Shown: one piece after another, positions 1-6,772 of the stretch
Layout of the letters: each line of letters starts with the position of its first letter
How positions within the stretch are numbered: the first letter of the stretch is position 1
DNA from: a virus
Lineage: Duplodnaviria; Caudoviricetes
IMG/VR virus record: IMGVR_UViG_3300005931_000065
Span: 1 to 29,120 of that record
Direction: 5' to 3' (one strand)
Length of the DNA stretch: 29,120 bases
Position numbers and translations under genes: made by a program
The notes under the pieces: generated by a model
Told to the model about the DNA's origin: nothing
Database searches by the model: none
The model's input: the letters and a program-made list of their open reading frames with translations, nothing else

Positions 1-25
1 AAATTCTCCTATATGACTATAGGAC

Positions 26-33
26 TATTTATA
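26..33 (-). promoter_or_regulatory. T4-type late promoter (TATAAATA) for a gene beyond the left edge
   Basis: Minus-strand TATAAATA in an AT-rich intergenic stretch, followed by an AGGAG Shine-Dalgarno at 10-6. Confidence 0.7.
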
Positions 34-99
34 AAAATTTGTCACTAGACGGTCCCCATCCATGCCCTTACGTCAGGAATTAAATGCCAAGCAAAAAAT

Positions 100-173
100 T
101 GGGGTGAAACCGGGAATCGAACCCTAGTCTTCTGATTCACAGTCAGACATTCTACCACTGAACTAGCTCCACC
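100..173 (-). tRNA. tRNA-His (GUG), with G-1:C73 and encoded CCA
   Basis: Cloverleaf: GGTGGAGC acceptor, anticodon arm TCTGA-CTGTGAA-TCAGA, TTCGATT T-loop, 3' CCA. The 3' strand of the T-stem is one nt short. Confidence 0.9.
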
Positions 174-177
174 ATTT

Positions 178-253
178 TGGAAACGGGAGTTGGAATTGAA
201 CCAACGTAAATTAGGTAATGAGCCTAACCGGAGAAACCAACACTCTTCCCGCA
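178..253 (-). tRNA. tRNA-Met (CAU), initiator-like
   Basis: Anticodon arm TTAGG-CTCATTA-CCTAA; T-arm GTTGG-TTCAATT-CCAAC; acceptor TGCGGGA/TCCCGTT with unpaired 1:72 as in initiators; 3' CCA. D-arm is atypical. Confidence 0.85.
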
Positions 254-333
254 ATAATTAGTTGCGCCACGTGGTTCTACCCTGAATACTCAGTCGGGCA
301 AATCCTATTAATACCTACCGGCGCTCGCAAGAA

Positions 334-417
334 TGGTGGATAGGGTAGGAGTTGAACCTACACAGCCTAAGCGGGAGAGTTACAGTCTCTTGGGTTCGCC
401 ACGTACCCAGCCTATCC
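334..417 (-). tRNA. tRNA-Tyr (GUA), long variable arm
   Basis: Acceptor GGATAGG/CCTATCC + A73 + CCA; anticodon loop CTGTAAC; extended variable arm; GTAGG-TTCAACT-CCTAC T-arm. Confidence 0.93.
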
Positions 418-427
418 GTTATCCAAA

Positions 428-533
428 ATACACTTAATTGTATGCTGCCCACAACTCACCAGAAACCACTTGTTTTGAGAGAGAGACTTCGTGTTCTCTG
501 TTTTGCAATGAAACAGCACACAATTAAGTATAC
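428..533 (-). ncRNA. Long stem-loop (20-bp helix, ~66-nt loop) in the tRNA precursor
   Basis: 533-514 GTATACTTAATTGTGTGCTG pairs with 447-428 CAGCATACAATTAAGTGTAT. All three non-Watson-Crick positions are G-U on the minus strand. Confidence 0.6.
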
Positions 534-539
534 CAATTT

Positions 540-632
540 CCGTATTTTTCATCTCACAAGAGAGACTTCATCCACGGTTCCGCCCGTTTGGTTTTTTATA
601 GTGGTCCAGCAGCCTCGTTCCGCATTCCACTT
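540..632 (-). ncRNA. Putative structured RNA element between the attenuator and the tRNAs
   Basis: Stems AGTGG/CCACT, GCGG/CTGC, CCGTG/TACGG and GTCTC/GAGAT separated by A-rich linkers; no credible ORF on this strand. Confidence 0.4.
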
Positions 633-663
633 AATGAAAACCCCCAAGTTTCCTTGAGGGTCT
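633..663 (-). terminator. Intrinsic terminator (conditional; part of candidate attenuator)
   Basis: CCCTCAAG-GAAA-CTTGGGGG followed by TTTTCATT. Confidence 0.7.
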
Positions 664-707
664 ATCTAATCTAAACATGCACTACAAGTGTGTTTACCAG
701 ATAGACC
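659..707 (-). promoter_or_regulatory. Candidate antiterminator hairpin overlapping the leader stop codon and the terminator base
   Basis: GGTCTATCTGG (707-697) pairs with TTAGATAGACC (669-659); inner TAAACA/TGTTTA and CACT/AGTG helices; shares 663-659 with the terminator 5' side. Confidence 0.65.
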
Positions 708-807
708 ATTCCCCATAATTCCAACCCTGTTCTTGGGCGGATTCACGGACATCCTTCGAAGGGATGTCAATGGGGTTACAATGTTTAAAGTACGCTTGGG
801 TTTTCAT
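694..807 (-). CDS. 37-aa leader peptide MKTQAYFKHCNPIDIPSKDVRESAQEQGWNYGEWSIW (not in ORF track)
   Basis: ATG at 807, about 26 nt downstream of the predicted transcription start, with an AGAGA purine-rich RBS; TAA at 696-694 lies inside the antiterminator hairpin. Confidence 0.7.
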   Translation of the reverse strand: MKTQAYFKHCNPIDIPSKDVRESAQEQGWNYGEWSIW

Positions 808-839
808 ATTTCTCTATTCTGTCGTTCAACTTGATTAAC

Positions 840-868
840 GTTATACACTGTTACTTATACGTTGTCAA
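840..868 (-). promoter_or_regulatory. Strong sigma70-type promoter of the tRNA operon
   Basis: TTGACA-17 nt-TATAAC with A-tract UP-like element upstream (869-900). Confidence 0.85.
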
Positions 869-905
869 CAAACTTTTTGAACTTTTTCACTTTTTTTTGA
901 AGTTT

Positions 906-1193
906 TTACTTTCCCATCTGCTCGTTAATGGAAGGCATTCTCAGGGAGCTGTTTGGATCACCCCACACATCACGTGCTTCAACCCGAATGAACCTCTTGT
1001 TCGTTTGGTTTGTGTTGGGGTTGGCCACGGTCAACATAACCCGCTTACCCTTCTTCCAAGCATCCATCTGTGCTGCTCTGCGTTCACTAAAGGTGCGTGA
1101 ACTTCTCACCGCATTGCGAGTCTTGCGTGTCACCGATGGACGTTCTCCATTCGACGTATACTTAACTGCACCACTCTTCTTACCCTTTGCCAT
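906..1193 (-). CDS. Small basic protein of the type conserved in T4-like phages, function unknown
   Basis: 95 aa, Lys/Arg-rich, with YTSxGER and AWKKGKRVMLTVANPN..TNKRFIRV blocks; same-strand operon context. Confidence 0.75.
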   Translation of the reverse strand: MAKGKKSGAVKYTSNGERPSVTRKTRNAVRSSRTFSERRAAQMDAWKKGKRVMLTVANPNTNQTNKRFIRVEARDVWGDPNSSLRMPSINEQMGK

Positions 1194-1200
1194 AATATTC

Positions 1201-2088
1201 TTACCTCATTGGTTCATTTAAACGGATACTACCATGGATCGATGTTCGTGTCAATTCCTTTTTTGAAATTCCTCTTCCATGGAACCCCATCACATTAGCG
1301 ATCACTAGGGTGTTGCCTTCTACGACAACTGGTTTATAACCTAAACCAAATTGCTCTAGTTCGTCAAGTGTTATTCTCAAACTTCCTTCAGGCGTTCCTC
1401 TCCCGCGTGATCCATCATATGACCCATCAACGACACCGAGAATTTGCTCGTTGTACCAGTTCGGAAACATACCATTCGCGCCCCCCATATAATTTACTGA
1501 CCCTTTCGAATAACAAAACGCGCCGTGGTCCGCTTTAACATCATCGAAGAAATACCAAAACTTCAGAGATGGGTAGAAGGTATCCATATGGGGCATCTGC
1601 TGCTCATCATCATTCTTGCCATCGAACTTCACCGATTGAACGAATGTGTTTTCTCTATACTGTTTCTTAAAATCTTCGTGATTAATATCAACCTTCAAAC
1701 AAGCTGCTGCTAAATATCCCACGATTCCATTTAAAAATAATTCGAAACAGGGTTCATTTTGCTTAGACAGAATGACCTCATCGTGCTTATTCATATGTTC
1801 AGGATATAGCATAGAAATTAAGCGAAGGTTTTCATAGATTTCTGAATCAAAAAAATTAGGTCTAATAATCAATCCAGACCTAACGAACGCATTAGAGAGA
1901 GCCTCAGCAGATTCTGGGTTTTTAAATAATTCTGACTGCTCTTCACGTCTTGCATGACAAGATAGAGCCTCTTGTAGACGCGCATAGTGTATTCCAGACT
2001 GAGCTAACCCAAGATCGTTAAATGGGTATGTGTCGAATGCCTTATATGATGTTTGGAATTTCATCAGGTCTTCATCAGTAATTGTCAA
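1201..2088 (-). CDS. 2-oxoglutarate/Fe(II) dioxygenase, PhyH-like
   Basis: HxD (PHMD) followed by KFWYFFDDV..GAFCYSKGS and distal FHGRG. Start uncertain (TTG 2088 or the next ATG). Confidence 0.75.
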   Translation of the reverse strand: MTITDEDLMKFQTSYKAFDTYPFNDLGLAQSGIHYARLQEALSCHARREEQSELFKNPESAEALSNAFVRSGLIIRPNFFDSEIYENLRLISMLYPEHMNKHDEVILSKQNEPCFELFLNGIVGYLAAACLKVDINHEDFKKQYRENTFVQSVKFDGKNDDEQQMPHMDTFYPSLKFWYFFDDVKADHGAFCYSKGSVNYMGGANGMFPNWYNEQILGVVDGSYDGSRGRGTPEGSLRITLDELEQFGLGYKPVVVEGNTLVIANVMGFHGRGISKKELTRTSIHGSIRLNEPMR

Positions 2089-2375
2089 GACTCATCTCTC
2101 TTGTCTGGAAACACATCTCCATTAGATTTGATCTTCGTATCCTCATAAGGAGCTACGCCACGACGATACATCTCCTGCTGTGCACAAGAAAGCACACCCA
2201 TGATCTCATTCCACTTCTCGTAGTTGGGTGGATCAGTACGGAGATTATCTGGTCCATGCGCATGCAGTAAACACAAACGTGTGATGATGTAGTTGAGTTT
2301 ACCGGCATGATCGACATTTAGTTTTTTGACATGCACATCTAACTCAGTACGCGACTGTTCATCAATATACGGCAT
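2085..2375 (-). CDS. Conserved phage hypothetical protein
   Basis: 96 aa, MPYI...GxLNY.IT...PYEDxKIxxNGDV pattern; tight operon spacing. Confidence 0.75.
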   Translation of the reverse strand: MPYIDEQSRTELDVHVKKLNVDHAGKLNYIITRLCLLHAHGPDNLRTDPPNYEKWNEIMGVLSCAQQEMYRRGVAPYEDTKIKSNGDVFPDKRDES

Positions 2376-2379
2376 ATTA

Positions 2380-3459
2380 TTACTCCTGAAAAATTCGGTT
2401 CACGATTTCGAACAGGTATGTTCTATCGATATCTACATCAGCCTGCTTGGCATCTTGAAGCGCTTGAATGACTTCAATGAAGTACGCTGAGTCCACCCCA
2501 ATTAATTGATCACGAAGCTCTCCAAGATTATCCAAATCCAGCTTACTCACATCGTATGAGATTTTTAGAACCTCACCAGCACTGATGCTCCACCCCCGCT
2601 TGATGAACTTCCGCATACGGAAGAGTGTGCAAATGGGATACTTGGAACCAACGTACTTCAATGTCTTCGACATAATAGCTTCAACGGAATCCAAATTTAG
2701 AACCACTCCAGTTGCCGCTGTCCAGTAGTTCATGGTGTGGATGTAGTCGAAGTTGGTATGAATTGTATCAGCATCTCCACAAAAACGCAAAATAAGTTGC
2801 ACCCCATCTGTCAAGGTGATTGCGTTTGATGAGATGAATACGGGACGAAACTTTCCCTTGTTATCTTCATCATTCACATGATCGAATTTCTTCATGTATT
2901 TCTTGAGAGCGATTTCTGGTGAGCATTCAAAGTAGAGATACTCATCCAAGTTAACCTTGTCGCTCATAACGCCTGCCGACTTGATAAAGACTTCTACGCC
3001 CTCTTCATCTACACGCTTACGCACCAATGGTTCGCTTGGAATACGATAATTGTGATAACCCTTTTTCAGAAGAATCTTCAGGTAATGCTCTCCGACTTCC
3101 TGAGCAACGTCCATGTCTGTGAAGTACACGTCATAGTCATTCGGAAGGTCGCCGTCTAGCATAGACGCGATGCTACCACCAGTCACCACAACAGCATCAT
3201 AGATACGTTGCTGCTCGACTGTCAGCCCAAGCTCATTCGTCTCAGGTTCTTCAGAGCCCTTTTTGGTATTGATCTTCGTTTCAGAGCCATTTTCGGTAGC
3301 TCCCATACTGTTTTCAGTCTTTTCGAAGTCACCTTTCGTAGCTTCCTCAGCCTCTGCGGTGGAGATAGTCTTGATCCACTGAATCATTTTGTATTCGATG
3401 TTCTGCTTGATGGTCTTCTTCTGAAAACCGCGTTTTACTTCTTCCATTATGCTCTCCAT
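2380..3459 (-). CDS. Pol-beta-superfamily nucleotidyltransferase (CCA/poly(A) polymerase head-like)
   Basis: TGGSIASMLDGDLPNDYDVYF (GG/GS plus DxD), FDYIH and TLFRMRKFIKRGW motifs. Confidence 0.7.
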   Translation of the reverse strand: MESIMEEVKRGFQKKTIKQNIEYKMIQWIKTISTAEAEEATKGDFEKTENSMGATENGSETKINTKKGSEEPETNELGLTVEQQRIYDAVVVTGGSIASMLDGDLPNDYDVYFTDMDVAQEVGEHYLKILLKKGYHNYRIPSEPLVRKRVDEEGVEVFIKSAGVMSDKVNLDEYLYFECSPEIALKKYMKKFDHVNDEDNKGKFRPVFISSNAITLTDGVQLILRFCGDADTIHTNFDYIHTMNYWTAATGVVLNLDSVEAIMSKTLKYVGSKYPICTLFRMRKFIKRGWSISAGEVLKISYDVSKLDLDNLGELRDQLIGVDSAYFIEVIQALQDAKQADVDIDRTYLFEIVNRIFQE

Positions 3460-6083
3460 TTTCCATTACAAATTGTTACGATTGTTCGCTTACCATTAGG
3501 GTAAACTATGATATGTGAATGTGACCAAGAACTTGGCCCCTTATTATAACCAAGATCAAGCTTCGAACTTGTACCAGCTTGGTACACACCATCTCGAATA
3601 CCCGCCGTATGGGAATGCCCAACGTTGGCTTTATGCCCAGTCTTGGCAAGATTGTTAATACTACCACGTGATCCATTTGGTCCAAGATGTCCATGCATAC
3701 CACACTCAATACCAGAACCCGGAGACGCATTATCACAGATAATATAGCTCTCATCAGTTCTCAGAAACTGAATATCGTGTTTTGAACCATACCCAAAATA
3801 CTCTTCAAAAACCCACTCGAATAGGTGAAATCCGTTGTATTCATTTCTAGCAATTGCCTCATAGACTGCTGTTTGTAATCTCAGAAAGAACAGCGCATTT
3901 ACTGGATCATTGCGATAATTACCTTCACGCAACCATCTCATCATAGCATTATCGTGGTTGCTATCAACCACCACAATCTTACCGCCCCATTCTTCAGCTT
4001 CTATCGATCTGGCAACAAGCCATTCGCAAGCACTTCCAACCTCACTCTCAACACTATCCTTATTGTTGACGAACTTATCGAACGCGATATGAGGATTCCC
4101 CACGTCATGATGGTTTCTATATCTGAAATCAATTGTGTCATGAGAAAATTGAGTCTCAGGTTTCAGAACAGAACAAATACTGTCTTCTGCCAACCACGTA
4201 GATTCTTGGACACTAGGCTCAATATCTGCTTCATGGATATCACCCCAACTTGCAGCGGTAACAGAATGACCATCAGTCACCTTACCATCATGAACCCGCA
4301 AAGTCAAATCATAAATCGTTCCTTCACTGTCGGCATTTAACTGTCTGACCCACCAATTACCTTCACTGTTAACTTCTGCAATAACAGACCCATAACAATT
4401 CCCAGTCAACACCCCACCAGCCAAAGTGAACTGGTGATTAGATTCAACTACTGTACACATAACTTCAGATTTTTCAGCCAGAGTGATATTTGTTACGACC
4501 CAATCTATTTCATCTTTTGTAAATGTGATTCTTCTAAGGGGAAACGAACGCTTTCCAAAATTAGTTTCTTTGTTTCCATACACACATTCCCCTGTTACCG
4601 TCCATCCGGCGTATGGTGCTACTTCCTTTGCCCAGTTAAGTGCATCTTCGTTTATCGAAGACAACTCGATAGAACCATAATCATGAAATACTGCATCAGC
4701 AGAAACCCACCCATTCAAAAACCCAGAAATATATGCTGGTGATTTGCCATAGGGTATGTCTTTAAAATCATCATATGATTTGTAATATGCTGTTCCTGTA
4801 TAGTTATCAATATTTTCTCTAGACTTCCAATGTGTAATGTGCTCAAACAGATGTTTGTGTTGAGATATATTCTCACCATGAAGAGGAATTTGGAATGAAT
4901 ATTGTCCATCTACAGCTCTATAGCATTGACTACCATCACCAAATATCATACCATGACGCATACCCTCATCATATTCAACAGAAGAATATTCTATTGTTGG
5001 TTTAGCACCCTTAACAATGTTCCCAACACTTAACCTGTTTGTGGTTGTCCCATTCTGCAAAATCCAAGTGTGGTCTACAGTAGCCTTTACTATCTTTCGA
5101 TACTTTGTTCCAGATCGATGACCTTTTCTACAAGGCGCTAGGCTAATAGCGTATAGTTGTTGTTCACCAAAACTTTTAACCTCAGCACTAGCCCATCCAA
5201 CACCATCCCATATTGTTTGAATCGTGCCTATAGTGTCAGATAGACTCTTGACACCATCAACCGTTAAAAATGTTGTATCTGGATGAAAACAATGGTGGAA
5301 TTCAGCTTTCAGGCCAGCTTTCTTTTGGATATAGTTTCTGGTAGTTACCGTACCCGTAGTGTAGTTGATCTTCGTTTGTTCTGTTTTACCAGATGGTACA
5401 GATTCCATAGCAAATTTCACATGAGGAAAAATGCCACTGCTACCACCAGTGTAGTTTTCAAAACCAGACAATGGCCTAACTGCTGTTGGTAGAATGTTCA
5501 TTTCGCCACACCAGATAAGAGATGGTGCTAACCGAATACGATCATCTTGAAAATACGGTTCTAGTCTTGCGTCATACCAAACATCAGAATAGTCATCCTC
5601 ATGAGCTGTATCGATACCAACCATAGGGTCCATTTTTGGCTGTGGAGCTGTAGTACCCGGTTTAACATTGCCTTCACGATACGAACCCTTATCATATGTG
5701 AAACGAGATACCATAAGCTCAGCATCAAAATAGTCTGCAAGAGCGTTCAGATTCTTCCAAGTACCCTCATGGATTCTTGTGTTATTCTGTGCAGCAGTCA
5801 GGATATATCGTGTCACATCATCACCCTTCGGTAAAGGACGATCAATCGTAGGACGATATTCAATACGACCCTTAACAATAGGTTCAGATTGATCCTTACC
5901 GATAGCCTTAGCAGCATCACCAGACTCAGGCATTTTGTTGCTATACCCCTCATCAACTGCCTTAGCATATAAATCTCTTAGTGTTGAATACGGTATAGTA
6001 GATGCACGAGCAGCGGCACGAATGCCACCGTTCTTGTGTACCAGTGCTACTATGTTTTTCAGTGATCTTTTCTTGGAAGCCAT
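3447..6083 (-). CDS. T5 A1-like protein (N-terminal HTH, metallophosphoesterase-like), interrupted by an intein
   Basis: RYILTAAQNNT, GDIH, DSNHD, GMHGHLGPNGSRGS, GHSH and C-terminal GPSSWSHSH...NGKR motifs recalled from the A1 family; about 580 aa after intein removal. Confidence 0.8.
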   Translation of the reverse strand: MASKKRSLKNIVALVHKNGGIRAAARASTIPYSTLRDLYAKAVDEGYSNKMPESGDAAKAIGKDQSEPIVKGRIEYRPTIDRPLPKGDDVTRYILTAAQNNTRIHEGTWKNLNALADYFDAELMVSRFTYDKGSYREGNVKPGTTAPQPKMDPMVGIDTAHEDDYSDVWYDARLEPYFQDDRIRLAPSLIWCGEMNILPTAVRPLSGFENYTGGSSGIFPHVKFAMESVPSGKTEQTKINYTTGTVTTRNYIQKKAGLKAEFHHCFHPDTTFLTVDGVKSLSDTIGTIQTIWDGVGWASAEVKSFGEQQLYAISLAPCRKGHRSGTKYRKIVKATVDHTWILQNGTTTNRLSVGNIVKGAKPTIEYSSVEYDEGMRHGMIFGDGSQCYRAVDGQYSFQIPLHGENISQHKHLFEHITHWKSRENIDNYTGTAYYKSYDDFKDIPYGKSPAYISGFLNGWVSADAVFHDYGSIELSSINEDALNWAKEVAPYAGWTVTGECVYGNKETNFGKRSFPLRRITFTKDEIDWVVTNITLAEKSEVMCTVVESNHQFTLAGGVLTGNCYGSVIAEVNSEGNWWVRQLNADSEGTIYDLTLRVHDGKVTDGHSVTAASWGDIHEADIEPSVQESTWLAEDSICSVLKPETQFSHDTIDFRYRNHHDVGNPHIAFDKFVNNKDSVESEVGSACEWLVARSIEAEEWGGKIVVVDSNHDNAMMRWLREGNYRNDPVNALFFLRLQTAVYEAIARNEYNGFHLFEWVFEEYFGYGSKHDIQFLRTDESYIICDNASPGSGIECGMHGHLGPNGSRGSINNLAKTGHKANVGHSHTAGIRDGVYQAGTSSKLDLGYNKGPSSWSHSHIIVYPNGKRTIVTICNGKWRA
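4398..5291 (-). mobile_element. Intein (298 aa) with LAGLIDADG homing-endonuclease domain
   Basis: Block A CFHPDTTFLTVDG, block B ATVDHTW, endonuclease motifs GMIFGDGS and FLNGWVSADA, blocks F/G VMCTVVESNHQFTLAGGVLTGN followed by Cys+1. Confidence 0.9.
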
Positions 6084-6100
6084 CGTACCCCGTTTCTGTC

Positions 6101-6568
6101 TTAAACCCGAATAATTGAATGGAAGCCTTCATCAATAGTAGGCTTTTCGTAACTCTTAATCATACTACCCATAATGTGGTATGGGATGGTTTTTCCAACC
6201 CGCCAACCAAGACGCTCAAACCAAATATCAAGCGAAGGAATGGAGAAATCCACTGAGATAGTCTGATACTTATCCAAACCCTCAAGGCACTGCTTACGTT
6301 TTTTTACAGTCAGATTTGTCTGATCCCACACAATATCCCGCTCATTTTCAATAGCATAAGCCTTCTGATTTTTCACATGGTTCGTCGCATCTTTAATTGC
6401 GTCTTTGAATACGTCATTATACGTCTTACCAAGACGTGCTGCAACGGTATCGATGTAGTTGTCACTGCTAACGATAATAGGATTACAGTCAGCCAACATA
6501 GCTGAATTTTCAATCCACGTGCTCTTTCCAGAAGCAGGAAGACCCGTAAGAATAAAGGCTTTAAGCAT
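6101..6568 (-). CDS. P-loop kinase resembling the 5'-kinase domain of polynucleotide kinase
   Basis: GLPASGKST Walker A, SSD, WDQTN and R-rich lid. Confidence 0.8.
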   Translation of the reverse strand: MLKAFILTGLPASGKSTWIENSAMLADCNPIIVSSDNYIDTVAARLGKTYNDVFKDAIKDATNHVKNQKAYAIENERDIVWDQTNLTVKKRKQCLEGLDKYQTISVDFSIPSLDIWFERLGWRVGKTIPYHIMGSMIKSYEKPTIDEGFHSIIRV

Positions 6569-6604
6569 TTTACTGTCCTATAAATTTTGTTAATCTGCAC
6601 TTAC

Positions 6605-6633
6605 ATTATAATACAACACATCTTAGTCGTCAA
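6605..6633 (-). promoter_or_regulatory. Sigma70-type promoter
   Basis: TTGACG-17 nt-TATAAT upstream of the kinase gene. Confidence 0.8.
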
Positions 6634-6772
6634 GTGAAAATTCATTCGAAACAAGAACAATTTCTGTGTTGCTTTCTGGAACCTTAGACTTAACTTCCTG
6701 TGCAGAAATCCTTTTTTCTGAATCCACCTGCTTCTGATACTCAAGCTTCTCAATGTCCATATTGTGCATCAT
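6623..6772 (-). CDS. Small hypothetical protein, 49 aa (not in ORF track)
   Basis: ATGA overlap with the ligase stop, GGAG RBS, open frame MMHNMDIEKLEYQKQ...FSLDD. Confidence 0.5.
   Translation of the reverse strand: MMHNMDIEKLEYQKQVDSEKRISAQEVKSKVPESNTEIVLVSNEFSLDD

Noticed and set aside
41-95. Possible nested hairpin downstream of tRNA-His
   Set aside because: Pairing is short and relies heavily on G-U; not distinguishable from chance by eye
259-331. Hammerhead ribozyme or intact tRNA-Leu(GAG)
   Set aside because: CTGAGTA does not fit CUGANGA with a GAAA partner, and there is no valid anticodon stem or T-loop
45-657. ORF-track entries 45..254 (-) and 352..657 (+)
   Set aside because: They overlap tRNA genes and structured RNA, and have no RBS or protein-like features
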